The position numbers and the translations under genes are program-made. The notes below the pieces were generated by a model, which saw only the letters and a list, made by a program, of their open reading frames with translations, did no database searches and was not told the origin of the DNA. Shown here piece by piece: positions 26,046 through 38,456 of a DNA stretch of 64,000 bases. Source of the DNA: Octopus sinensis (lineage: Eukaryota). The stretch is taken from assembly GCF_006345805.1 (NCBI RefSeq), contig NW_021832611.1, positions 62,001 through 126,000 of the forward strand. The letters are read 5' to 3'. Each line of letters starts with the position of its first letter. The stretch's first letter is position 1.

Positions 26046-26809
26046 AATTATGTGAATTATTAGATATAAATAAACAAATATCAACTTATTAAGCTTGAAA
26101 TGTGAATTTTCTGAGAGCTGAGAATAATCAACAAATCCCTAATAAAACTCATACATGATAACTATTAAAAAATTTCAACAGATTTCTGACGTGTGTTGTT
26201 TAAACAGAAGGAGGAATAAGTAGGGAAGAAATGCATGGAGTCTCATCCTTGTTCACTCAAAAGCTCAATACTCCGTTAAGCAATTAAATAGTTAATTAGT
26301 TTTTTTATTAATAAAGGATTAAACCGAGTTAGTATAAAAATCATGCAACTTTCATCATGGTACATGATTATATTCATCATAATTAATTTCATGATAAGGG
26401 TGGTCTAAATAGAAATTGTGTATTCTATCTTACTTCGAGGTTTTTTCCTGGAGAGAATTCGGTATCTAACAATTAAAAAATCAATAAATACTAGGTTTGT
26501 TTATTCGAGGAACACCTGTTTCCTCTCCTGTCTAAAAATTAGTAACTAATTTTCAGACTATCCGATAGAATGCATCATCTTTTGATATATGAGACTGGTA
26601 GGTTTTAAAAATAAAACACAAATGAATATGGCGGATAAACACATAATGTATTATTTGAAAAAATTTACTTAAATACTGTATGTACTAAATTTTGTACTTT
26701 AGTTTTCATAATTTTTAAAGTACTTTTGACATTATTTAGATAAGGTACATTATCGAATAAAAAACTAGTTTTTTATTGACACACCTGATTATAACCATTA
26801 AATTATAGG

Positions 26810-29800
26810 GAAGGAAGGAAAAATTTTATTTTTAAATAAAGGCTGTTAGTGAGGGTATAATTAAGACCTTCGGCATTTCTGCCTTTTCAGTCCCGCACAC
26901 ACGCTCGCCTCTCAGCCGCAAACTAAGACTTACCGTCTTACCTGCCACCCAGACATTATCTTTTCTAAGACCTCAGGAAGGCCTTTGAGGGACAATTCCT
27001 GGGTGTCCGTGAGCTCCACTCGCCATCCTAAGCCATGGGCTAGCCGGATGGCTCGTCTTCTGACTTTCTTTAGCGCGTCAACGTACTTCTCTCGGTCCTC
27101 ACAGAAGTGCCAAGCATGTACGCCATAGGTCAACACGGGTACCACCATGGCGTTAAACACGCGTAGCCAGGCACCTCTCTGCAGCTCGGAAAGCACGCAA
27201 CGCGCCTAATCGCTGCATTGCACGCATTTTCGTACGTGCAATGTGATCATAAAACTTACCGGACGGCTTAAATAGCACGCCCAAATAAGTCATCCAATCA
27301 ACTGCAGCAATTGCTGACCCGTTCAGCAATAACCTAGGGACATAATTAGTGTAACCCCTCGTTCTTTTACAGACTTTGAGAACACTGCACTTGTCCGCAC
27401 GCATCTTTAGACCCCTACTCCCACACCAGTTTACAAGTCCATCCACAGCAACCGACACGTACACTCAGGTTTCATCGAGTGATCCCAGAGAATGATGTCG
27501 TTTGCATAAATTACCATTTCAGTACGAGCATTGACTGGCATGGGCGCAGAAGCCATAAAGACATTAAAAAGCGTGGGACTCAGCACAGAGCCCTGAGGGA
27601 CCCCGCGAAGGACTGTTCTGACTTTAGAAAAGACCCCCTGATGCCGTACGACCTGTCCGCGAGATTCAAGGAACCCCAACAGCCAGCGCCTTAGACACGG
27701 AGAAACCCCACACGTGGCGAGGGAGCTCCGGAGGCCGTCGTGCCACACCGAGTCGAAGGCCTTTTCAATGTCATGACTAACTAGCATACCGCATTCCTTC
27801 TTCTGGAGGCGCACTTCATCTCAGAAGACACCTTCCATAGGCAGTCTCCACACGAACGACCCTCCCTGAAGCCCCATTGGAACTCAGGGAGGGCATCAAC
27901 CACCGTCAGCTCCTCCAGGAGCCTTCGGTGCATGATCCTTTCTAAAATTTTAGATACAGCGGGAAGCAAGGAAATGGGCCTGTATCCCCCAGGGACATCA
28001 TGTGGCATCCTGGGTTTTCCGATAAGGATTACCTCAGCCACTTTCCATCTAGAGGGAATCATCCCAAGTCGCAAGCTCCCGCTAAACAAGACCTGTAAGG
28101 CGGTGATCAACAACGGCGGGGCCTTCTAAAGATGGCCATAGGGATCCGATCCAGACCCGCCGCAGTGTTCTTACTTCGGGAGATCGCTGCCAGAATCTCC
28201 GCTTCGGAAATATCGCCTGCATCGTTCCTTGATATGCCCAGCTGGCAGCGCTTGTCCCACGACAATATCTGCTGGACAGTATCAAAGGACGATGTCTCCA
28301 CGAACTGACTTCCGTCAGTTCCAGAGATGTTATCGAGGTGGGTCGAAAATATTTCAGCCACCTCAACCGGGTCCGAAACGAGGGTTCCATCAGAGCGTTT
28401 AAGGCGCACTGAATTGGCTACCCCTCTCCCCGACAGGCTCTTCAACTGTTTCCAGAAGTCCGGGAAGCGGGCGTCTACGCGTCTGCAGGCTCGCTCCCAC
28501 CGTGAACTTTCGAGTTCGCGGATTTCTCTTCTGATCTCCCTCTGAAGCCGGCTAATCCAGCCACGAAACCAAACGCGGTTCTCCTCGTAAACGCATTTGT
28601 CCCGTAGTCTGGATAGCCGGCGCTTAAACTTAATTTTATTTAAGACCCGGTATGGGAGCGTGGAATGTGACTTACCCTGCACTGAGTTTTGTTTGAAATT
28701 ATCTCGCATATAATCAGTCAGGGCAGCATTGATTCCATTATCTAACGCCTCCAACTCACGTATATTGGCACAGGTATTCCCCACCAGAAGTGAGGGCAAC
28801 CTGCTGGCCATGAACCTCTCCAGGTTGGCCCAAGAACCCGACAGGAGGTCGAAGTATCCCGCAACCCTTTGAGGGACTGGCTCGCGGAGTTCGTGCAATA
28901 GAGGCAGATGGTCGCTTCCAATATCGGGCAATAAAATTGTTTTACTAACCCAATTTAGCATTCCAGGACTGACCAGAGCAAGCCCTAGCCAGTCTAGTCC
29001 GCCTCGCGAATCGATGTGGTTTGGCTCACTTGAAGTCCGGATTTCCAGCCCGAGGTCTTCAACCAGCGTCTTCAGAGCCAAACCATGCGCGTTGGTTACC
29101 CTGAAACCAAGCTCTATGTGCTTGGCATTCAGGTCTCCAACAACCATCGCCTTCGGATGCTTTCCAAAAACTCCCGTACGTGCCAGAACACGCCGTAAAG
29201 TTCTTCGAATACATCGCCCCTAGGTAAAATGTAAGGTTACCTATACGAATCCTTACTTGAAGGAATTCGCATAGGCTACAAGAACATAAACTTGAACTTT
29301 GCAAGGCGAGGTACGGCTTGTAGAAGAGGCTAGTTCCCGTGCCACATATTGACCTCTGTTTCCAGGGTATGTGACAACAGTTGTAGCCATCAACTACGTA
29401 CGGACCCCCCTTTACCTTCGTTTCGTTGACCACCAGAATGTCCGCACTCGTGGTGGCCAACATCCTCTGAACGGCGTCTCCTTTACCGGATAAGGAGCGC
29501 GCGTTCACCGATATAATGTTGAGCATCATATCGGCTCCTCGCCAAGGATCTTCTTGGCCTCAGCCATGTTGCAATTTAGCATATCCGCTACACTGCACTT
29601 CGTCGCCCTACATAATTTAAGTAGGCGCACACACAACTGCACCGCAGGACTAATGGTGTCCTGGGGAGCACGCTCGCCAAGGGGGGAGTGCGGTGGCATT
29701 TCCACGTATGAAGCGGTATCACCTGTAGCCCACTCGGAAGGCTTAGCACGCTTCGGCATCCGAACTGACTCGGATGTTATTAGCGGCTCAGCGGACTTTG

Positions 29801-30930
29801 TCGGCAAAGGTGGTACCGACCCGCTCGCAATGTGGCTTGCAGGTTTCACAGGCCTCGCCACCGAAGCGGTCTTGGGAGGTTTGGACTGCTTTGCCCGCTT
29901 GCCAGGTTGTGGCCCAGTAACTGCGACGCTAGCCGCGCGACTTACCTTCGAGATTACACCCGCACCTACCTTTCGGGTTGCCTCCTTGAACTTGGGGCAA
30001 CCTTTGAAGTTGGCACTGTGTCCCAACTTACCGCAGTTGACACAATACCTCTTCGTAGGTGGCGAGGGGCATGCCTTGCGACCATGCTCGCCACCGCAGG
30101 TCAAGCACTTCGCCTTCTCAGGACACCTCGTGCTTATGTGCCCGAAACCCTGACACCGAAGCATTGGGTGGCTCTCGGGCGGGCCGGACAGCACGAAGCC
30201 TAACGTAGCCGACCCTCGTACCCAGCAGTATGAGGCGCTCGGCTTCCGCAGGAGATCCCAGCGTAACCTCCACCACTTCAAGAGGCCGGTAACCTTGCTT
30301 GAAGCGTGCAATGGCAGAGGTACTGGGGTACTCCCGCTGCAGGTGCTCTAAAAGGTCGTTATCCTCAAAGTCCCGGGGGACCCCAAGGAGGAGGACTCTT
30401 ACCTGCCCTACCTTGCGTTCGAACCTGACAAGCCGATGCATGCCAGGACCGAACGGGATGGACTTTTCCAGCTCCCTTTCGAAACTGAAAAAGTCCTCAG
30501 ACTTCTCCCACCCAAGCAGGAATTGGGTGGGCTCCCTCTTCAGGACTCGATACCGCTTAGACGGCTGTATCGAGTCCAAGATCCCTAAGATTTTTACGAC
30601 GACTGGGCCTTTCCACAGGTGGGAAAGACCTCTAGTCGTGCTACAACGCCGAAGGTAATTCTACCCCCGGCGCGGGCTGTCTTCCTCTGTGTGCATCCAC
30701 CTCTGGAGACGGGTTAGCAGTACCTAAACTGTTAGAGACCGGACGGCAAGCGACACGTTTAGGTTTCCCCACGGTACGCCAGCCGTCCTCACCGTTTACC
30801 TGATATGTTCAACATCGCCTCCTGTTCGATTTTGTTGATTAGCATCTTCCTAGATCGTTTTGCAGCATTCTTTTCTCCTTTAGTATTGTTGCTTTTTTGT
30901 ACCACAGGAAACAACACCATGCTTGCACGC
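26810..30930 (-). mobile_element. near full-length Jockey/I-like LINE (gag with CCHC knuckles; APE-RT ORF2), frameshifted
   Basis: ORF1 CQGFGHISTRC/CLTCGGEH...C/CVNCGKLGHSANFKGC; APE NIISVNARSL, VVNETK, GDLNAKH, SDHLP; RT YRPISLLPAVSKILE, DIEKAFDSVWH, GVPQGSVLSPTLFN, YANDI. Confidence 0.92.
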
Positions 30931-32109
30931 TATCCAAACTAACAACGGTTATGCACCAACTTCATCAGAATATCATTAAGTCGATTCGACTGAGTAACAA
31001 CACGGTACACAGAGACGTATTGGATAGGCGGATATTTCCTGAAAAATATTCTGTGTTTAAGCATAGTAATAAAGGAAATTACAAATATCAAGTATTAACT
31101 TTAAAATTTTTTGATTCTGAGAGCTGAGAATAATCAATAAATCCCTAATAAAAACTCACTCATACATGATGATATCTATTAAAAATATAGTGTAGAGTGT
31201 TGTTTGAGCAGAAGGCGGATAAGTAGGGCAGAATGCATCCTTTCTTCACTCTAAACGCTCAATACTCTGTTAAGTAATTAAATAGTTAATTAGTTTTTTT
31301 TTATAATAAGGATAAATCGTGTTAGTATGAAAATCATGCAACTTCATCATCATCGTACATGATTATTTTCATCATAATTATCTTCGTGAAAACGGTCGTC
31401 TAAATAGAAATTGTGTTTTTCTATCTTACTTCGAGGTCTTTTCCTGGAAATAAATTCGGTCTCTAACAATTAAAAATCAATAAATACTAGGTTTGTTTAT
31501 TCGAGGAACAGCTATTTCCTCTCCTGTCTATAAAAATAGTAATTAAATTTTAGACTATCTGATAGAATCATCATCTTTTGATATATGAGACTGGTCTCTG
31601 ATCAAGGGCGGGAGGCAGAGTCCATGAGAGATGACGAGGAAACTAGGTTTTAAAAATAAAAACACAAATTAATATGGCAAATAAACACATAATGTATTAT
31701 TTGAAAAAATTTACTTAAATATTTTAATGTATGTACTAAATTTTGTACTTTAGTTTTCATTTATTTTTAAAGTACCTTTGACATTATTCAGATAAAGTAC
31801 ATTATTGAATAAAAAACTAGTTTTTTTTGACACACCTGATTTTAAAACCATTAAATTATAGAAGTACTTCTTTTAAAATTGAAAAAAACTAGCAGTTGAT
31901 TTATTGACTAATTATTGAATTCGTCAATGTCATAAATCTATGATTTCAAAACCCAGATTACGGTTCTTATTAAATTTTAGATACTGGATTGAATTTCTAA
32001 ATATTAATCATAAAATGGTATGGTGTGTGCGCACCGACTTCAAACTAGCAAAATACAGATGAATTGTGAAAATCCCCTTCCCTTATAATTAAAAAACATT
32101 CATCCAAAT

Positions 32110-32280
32110 AAAATATTATATTAAGTATGGCCACATCGAACCAGGTCGTTTTGCAGTGAAAAGGACATCCGGTTCCGCAGTGAGATTACTGATGGCGGCG
32201 TCACCTTTAGCCTCAATATTAGATGCATGAAACTTTTAGCCGCAACAATGGGATTCGAATCCGGCAGATTAGCATATATA
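32110..32280 (-). mobile_element. 5'-truncated tRNA-derived SINE copy
   Basis: Minus strand B-box GGATTCGAATCCC and core GTGACGCCGCCATCAGTAATCTCACTGCGGAACCGGATGTC, shared with 63107-63443. Confidence 0.7.
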
Positions 32281-32419
32281 AAATAAAACAAGTATACAAA
32301 TAATGAATGATGGCAATAATATTTAAACTATTGGCGTTACTTTATAATTTCAAAAAGACAGTATCCAAAATATTCCAATATCGTTTTATATCAATAAAAA
32401 TTTAATAATATTATTAATT

Positions 32420-32965
32420 GGCTCGTGTTTAATCATTCATGCCGAAACGGAATTGGATGTTCCTCACGACATTCCGAACTCAACCAGATCATCTGTCGAT
32501 CTCTCCGAACTGCTGGTTTCCACACAAAATTTGAATCTGCAGGGATTTTTGTAGAGGACGACAGAAGACCCGATGGGATGACCACATTTCCATTTCAGAG
32601 GGGAAAGTGTCTGATTTGGGACGTCACGTGTGTGAACTCCTTTTCCAATCAGAATATCAAGTTGTGTATCGAAAAATCGGGAGCCCCGTCTGAACGGGCT
32701 GAGAAGAGGAAGAGTGAGAAATACGCTGGAATTGGGAATGGCCGAGTGTTTGTCCCCCTGGCTTTTGAGACGTCAGGAATACAGGGGCCTTCTATTCGGG
32801 GCCTACTCCAGAGGAATGGCTCACTAATGGAAAGGGTTACCGGCGACCCGTGTGAGCACCGGTATTTAATCGAACGAATATCTATAGCCATAGTCAGAGG
32901 CAATACTCTGGCTATCTGCCAATGACCTTTTTTTCTAGTGCTTTTATTAATAAAACCGTTTGTTA
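32420..32965 (+). mobile_element. CRE-clade 3' fragment
   Basis: ORF 32425-32925: RHSELNQII...RRPDGMTTFPFQRGKCLIWDVTC...PLAFETSG...ERISIAIVRGN, followed by an A-rich tail. Confidence 0.85.
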
Positions 32966-32974
32966 TTAAAAAAA

Positions 32975-34337
32975 TTAATATGTGAACTGCATTTGGTGAC
33001 GAACACATGACTTCCAGTTCTTAAAAATAGATTGGTTTTCATGAGTAGAGACAAGATTAGCCGTATAAGGAGCTTTCATTACACTGACAAACTCCTTATA
33101 ACTTAACTTTTCATCTCCGTCCTCATCAAAAATCCCAAACAGCACATCAACTAAATTAGTAGAAATCTCATTTCCAGTCGCAATTTTAGCAGCTCTTATA
33201 AACTCATCTATTTTTTATAATTGAAAAATTCCTCAAAAACCTTTAGTGATCGAAATTCCAGCTATAGTGTGCATCTGAATTGCGACGTCAAACTTCCTCA
33301 TGTTCGATAAAAGTGTATGGAACTGAGTAAATTCAACATAAGTGATTTCGTTGTCGATATTATTATTCATTAATCTCCTCATAAATGGCTCAGGCGAAGT
33401 ATTCGTGTGATTTCTGAGTAAAAGAGTTACGAATTCAATGGAAGAAATAGTGTTTAGTCCTTTAGAGAATTCATTAAATTCAAGTCGTCTAAATTCAGTT
33501 TGCAATCCTTGAACAAATGTTTCCAATTCGTCCAACGTGAGAGAATCAGTTTGTGAATATCCAAAAAGACGTGTCAGAATTGTAGTATTTTTTGTCCCCT
33601 TTTCGTAAACCAAAACCTCGAAATGAAACATAAAATCAAACATCCATGAATTCATTTCTAGTAATGGTTTTGTCTTGATCTAAGTCGAACATTCTGAACG
33701 TTACTTTAAGTCCGAGTGGATCTTAATGTTACTATCATTTTTATTACTTGTAAGTAAAAATATCACAAAAGCATATTCAACAAATGTAATGATGCCTACA
33801 AATAAGTATAAATAACAGATGGACCATTATTTTCCAGTTTTGTGAGCAAATTTTCTTCTGGAAATCGTTTATTTGGCGTTTTTAGCAACATTTTTTCTAA
33901 TTGACATTTGTCTATTTGCTTTCGACCAAATTTAGCTATTAAATATTAATTAAATAAAAACGGCGGGGAAATGAATTAAGGATCGATTCGATAAGATCTC
34001 TGGGAGTCATATAAATTGTTCCCTCAAACTCCAATGAGGCAAAATCTTCAAATCTTTGTCGTGTGATACTTTTTTTCCCGCTAGAAGTATTTGTTGTTTG
34101 AATTCGGTTAGGATACTATTGAATAGGAGTACTTATTACTTTGGGAACGGTCAAATTATAATTATAGAGACCCCACAATGTAGTTCCTGATATTGCTGAA
34201 ATTGCTAGGATTTTGATTTTCTTATTATTTTTTAAACTTTCCGCTGTAAATAAACTCCTTTTTGAATATTTCAACGTTTTAGAAATATTTAAAAATAGAG
34301 TTCTCTAAGTAGTTTTAATAAATCTTTAAACCACCAT
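32975..34337 (-). CDS. MICU2: mitochondrial calcium uptake protein, MICU2/MICU3-like
   Basis: Spliced: M|RTLFLNISKTLKYSKRS...RQRFEDFASLEFEGTIYMTPRDLIES...GIITFVEYAFVIFLLT...FRMFDLDQDKTITRNEF...DEFIRAAKIATGNEISTNLVDVLFGIFDEDGDEKLSYKEF...WKSCVRHQMQFTY*. MICU2 versus MICU3 is not resolved. Confidence 0.85.
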
Positions 34338-34464
34338 AAGAATACTAAATTATTGTTTATATTTAAAATATATATCAAATACAAATGCAAAATTGCAATT
34401 ATACATAGATTTAAAATTAAAATAATTTGTGACAGTTTCTTTTAATCCCATTTTAATTTGTCTC

Positions 34465-34465
<1 letters not shown>

Positions 34466-34494
<29 letters not shown>
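34466..34494 (+). mobile_element. solo poly(A) insertion with TSD
   Basis: AT plus ~27 A, flanked by AATTTGTCTCT at 34455-34465 and 34495-34505. Confidence 0.7.
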
Positions 34495-34500
<6 letters not shown>

Positions 34501-34719
34501 TCTCTTAGTAGTTCTGTTACTCGCTGGAAATTGATCCCACATTTTTAAGGGACCAACAATTATCTTTTAAGATCATTTTTCGCCAAATCTAAAGCAAAGT
34601 GGTCGATTTGTTCTTTATCCACATACATCTTCATATATATCAATAAGATAGTTACTCGCATTGTCTAATTGCTCTTTAGACATTTTAGTTCCATGTTTAT
34701 GCTCAACTATCATAGTTTT

Positions 34720-35165
34720 TAAATAGTCGCTGTTAAATCACGCTTCGGAAATGTGAAAAGAAAACAAACGTGGTGAGAAGATTGTCTGGATTATGTAAGA
34801 ACGATTCTCACCAGATATTGGCAAGCATTTATCGCCATACTTTGAACCGTCCATATCCCACATATTCGCATCATGAACACCGCTACTATCTTGGATCAAC
34901 AGGAGAAGAATCGAGAAGATCCAACTAAGAGCGTAAAGATTAACCGAACGTTAACCTCATAATAACAAACGTTCTGGAACGGCTCCTCTGGAGGATCTGA
35001 TTAAACAGAACTCGAGATTTCGGGCCAATGTCCCAGCGAAACCAATCAGCCGCCAGGTGCGATCTCGTGTGGGCTCATGGAAAGTTTACGAGCGAGGATG
35101 AGGTCCCTGGTGAAATGCATCAGGATCACGTGACTATTTGTCCGGTTTATACCGTGTTCTTGGTG
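34720..35165 (+). mobile_element. degenerate LINE (Jockey/I-like) 3' remnant
   Basis: GC-richer block reading NVVRRLSGL...ILASIYRHTLNRP; pattern match only. Confidence 0.4.
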
Positions 35166-35878
35166 TTTAAATAAATAATCCTCTGCATTGAGTTGGCAAA
35201 TAATATGAGGCTTTTTATTATAACGGTTACATTAAATTCCAAAACTGCAAAAAACAAAATTGTGTTTTGTTTCACGCAGTATAGTCATTAATATTTGGAG
35301 ATTGCACATCAATTTTTTTGAGATTCAGCATGAATTGGAGCAAAATCAATTCAGTTTTGTGACTATTGATGCTAGCCTTCTTTTCAAAATTTTTCTGCTC
35401 GGTTAAATTAACCAATCTTTAAATGTATACATATATCTTAGAATATGCCAGTAGAAGATTCTGTTAATGAGTGGGGCCAAATGATTGATTTCCAATATAG
35501 ATTGATCAACTCTTTGATGTGGCGGTTTGACTTTAATGTCCTCATTATTGGAAATTATTTTCCACATTATTGGAAATTATTTAATGTTTTATTGTCAATT
35601 AAACTAGAAAATTTAATAATATGGAACAATATCTTTAATAATGATTTATAAAAAAATCCAATAGAAAAAACTTAAAGAAAAATAATTTCTTCGTTTTTTA
35701 ACATTTTGGGAAATAAATTATTTATTATAAAATAATTTTTAATTTTTGAATTTAGTGATAATATAAATTTATTTTTGAATTATTTATAAAATAATTAGTT
35801 TTTGTTGTGCTTATCTGAAAGCTGGATTCTTGTTACAATAATTTTACAAAGAACGGATTTCCCCAATTTGATCCCTCA

Positions 35879-36475
35879 TTGCATAAAACACAAATTCAGC
35901 CTTATACAAACGAAACTTTCCAGAATTCAAAAACCACATTAAATGAAAAAATTTACAAAAATTCCACTTTATCCGGAAATCAAAATAACAATTTGAACAT
36001 TTTTAACAAAGATTCACAAAATAACACTCCCTGGATAAATGAGCAGTATTCCAAACTTAATGAAATTGATTTTGAAGACATTCCAGATTCTGCAAGCATG
36101 TATAATGAGTTTAAATATTCATACGATCATGGAATTCCAATTCGAAGTCGACATTATCTATCCAATATAGACAAATGCAACACTAATATAAAATACTCCC
36201 ATGGTAAGACTATTGGATCTGATCACCACGTATTAAAAGATCAAAGTCTGCAAATTCCTAATCAATTTCTTAATCAACAATCTTATCAGATAAACCGCAA
36301 TTCTTCAAATGTTCAGACTGTCAATGATAAAAGGATATATTCTCATGAGAATTGTTCCTTTGATTTTTTACTGATTATTTTTATAATTTCAGAGGAGAGG
36401 CGGTTTAATGACTCTCAAGGTGATACTGACATATATGTAATGAATGCTATCACAATGGGTCTACAAAAGCACTGA
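35879..36475 (+). CDS. hypothetical Asn/Gln-rich protein (terminal exon or exons; start unresolved)
   Basis: 198-codon open frame in very AT-rich DNA; no family recognised. Confidence 0.4.
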   Translation: MHKTQIQPYTNETFQNSKTTLNEKIYKNSTLSGNQNNNLNIFNKDSQNNTPWINEQYSKLNEIDFEDIPDSASMYNEFKYSYDHGIPIRSRHYLSNIDKCNTNIKYSHGKTIGSDHHVLKDQSLQIPNQFLNQQSYQINRNSSNVQTVNDKRIYSHENCSFDFLLIIFIISEERRFNDSQGDTDIYVMNAITMGLQKH

Positions 36476-36542
36476 ATTTTTGCCATTCACATACTATAAT
36501 TATTTTTGTATTACATCTAATAAATTTTTTCGTATTATTTTT

Positions 36543-38091
36543 TGTCCCCGGCCACAACTGTTACTCCGCCAGATGTGTTACACCAACATCAAATTGTCAA
36601 GTGGAAAAAACTAAAACATGAATCCTTTGGTATATTTCTATGAAATCAAAGAAAACTTATAAATTTTTAAAAAATATTGATGTTTTAAATTACAATACAC
36701 GTTAAAAATGCGTTTAGTGCAAGTAACAAAGGAAGATAGAATTACTTAAGGAACTTAAGAGCAATCTGAGCTCGTATTCGTCAGCAGGACGCTTTCGCGG
36801 ATGCAAAGATCAAGACTACTGAAATTAGCAAATAATTTGATTTTTGGATGGAGCTCCATATATCACAAAGATGGACTTAAATTAAGATTTTTCTGCAGCG
36901 ATGAAGCTGAACTTAAGATAAATAATTGAAGTTTGCATAATAATGTTTATTTCAATGGCTGAAACATAATTTGAATCATTTTGGTCGAGACCGGTTGTTT
37001 TCAAAATTGGCGCGCTTATACCAGAATATCACGTGGCAGAGATCAATCGGTCAAAAAACGATGTATTCCTAGCCAGGTTTTAAGTTTTTTTTTATTAATT
37101 TTTTAGTCAAAAAAATCATTGGCTACTAAACCCCCAGTTACGCCGATCATTGCAAGGCGGAGTCGCGATCGGTATATCGCCGATTTAGTGGACCTAAGGA
37201 GATATTCAGATATTAATGATTCTTATAACTGGGTACTTTTGGCTATATAAAGATTAGATTCTTGTAATTGTCGATTCTTTTTCGAAATTCGCGATAGTTG
37301 AGTTATCTTTTACCAAAAGAGCTCATGAAATTGCTTCGTTATTTCAGAACATCTTTTATTATATTGGGCACCATTGATCTTGCATACAGACAATGGTAAA
37401 GAATTTTGCAATGACCATGTCGCCCGTTTATGTGAAAAGTACAAAATTAAACATGTCCGTGGACGACCAAGGGCTCCTTGGGTACAGGGACAGGTGGAAA
37501 GGTTGTAAGATAACATTATTCTTTAGACTAAATCAGAGTATCAAAAGATGGATTTTTGGGATGTATAAACATGTAATTTAGGCAAGATAATGACGCTACA
37601 AACGACAATATCCACTTTATGATGGATTAGAGATGGTGAAATACACAATTGTGGCAAAAGACGATTTTGTAGTAACAATACAAAGTGAGACAGGTGACAT
37701 GTATGAGAAAATACATGTTTCACGCTTAATTAAAATTGGAATGATCCTTCTTTTTTGTGATTCCTTGATAGAAAACGTTTTAAACTAATAAGAGGCTTTT
37801 AAAATTTTTTTATTAAAAAAAAAAGAATAATTATTTAATAAAAAAAAGATATGGATAAGCCAAAATTAAATAGATTGCTAAATAATTTAAAACTCATATT
37901 TTACACGTATGTATGTTGGTTTTTGGGAAAAAATTCATGTTTCAGTCCAAATTTTTTCTATTCAGAAAAGCATATTTTGCGAACAATTAGGTTATGCTTT
38001 GTATTAATTTTTAATTTTAAAAGTTTTTATTTCTATTATATGAATTTTTAGTGTAACATATCTGGCGGAGTAACAGTTGTGGCCTGTGACA
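36543..38091 (+). mobile_element. Ginger2/TDD-like integrase transposon, family B (degenerate)
   Basis: ~41-bp TIRs TGTCCCCGGCCACAACTGTTACTCCGCCAGATGTGTTACAC and TGTCACAGGCCACAACTGTTACTCCGCCAGATATGTTACAC; TTTTT flanks; rve RYIADLVDL..W|ILVIVDSFSKF...LHTDNGKEF...RAPWVQGQVER|LNQ with introns 37233-37257 and 37502-37526. Confidence 0.85.
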
Positions 38092-38456
38092 TTTTTTAAT
38101 TGTTTTTCATTTCGACTTTTTTTTAATGAACAAAATCTTAGCTACAAGTTTAGTGTCACGTTTAGACGATTTTATATTTAAAATATCATTTGAGGCGTAT
38201 TTCCCATTATATTTAATAGTTCTATTTTGTATCGCTTTCGATAGATTTGTTTTTTGCAGATTCAAACTGGCTTAAAAAGTTTGAGACACCATCAACTATG
38301 CATTCAGTTTAGGAATTCGAGCTACCGTGTTAGAAAATGTTGGGTCAAAAAATTTTTAAATGATGACCAATTTGCAAGTATTAGGGCGGTTTACGGTTTG
38401 TGGTCTGTAACCGTCATCATCTATCACAGTTTTTTGAATTTCAAATGAAACAGATT

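Larger units (their letters stand above)
17450..32110. repeat. ~1.9-kb tandem array (5-6 units) interrupted by a CRE element and a LINE
   Basis: Marker CTCAATACT at 17453, 19332, 21228, 23125, 26264 and 31258 (spacings 1879, 1896, 1897, 3139, 4994). Units contain a Helitron 5'-end remnant and a hAT left end (CAGGGTTTCCCAAAGTGGGCG at 18261, 20155 etc.) with SCAND3-like IAKSGKPHTIGEELLIP remnants. Confidence 0.95.

Noticed and set aside
26930-30579. Programmed frameshifting or an alternative genetic code to explain broken TE ORFs
   Set aside because: Host genes use standard stops, and the breaks are scattered single-base indels consistent with decay or long-read error.
29554-30658. Long plus-strand ORFs (199, 123 and 119 aa)
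   Set aside because: Antisense shadows of the GC-rich LINE gag.
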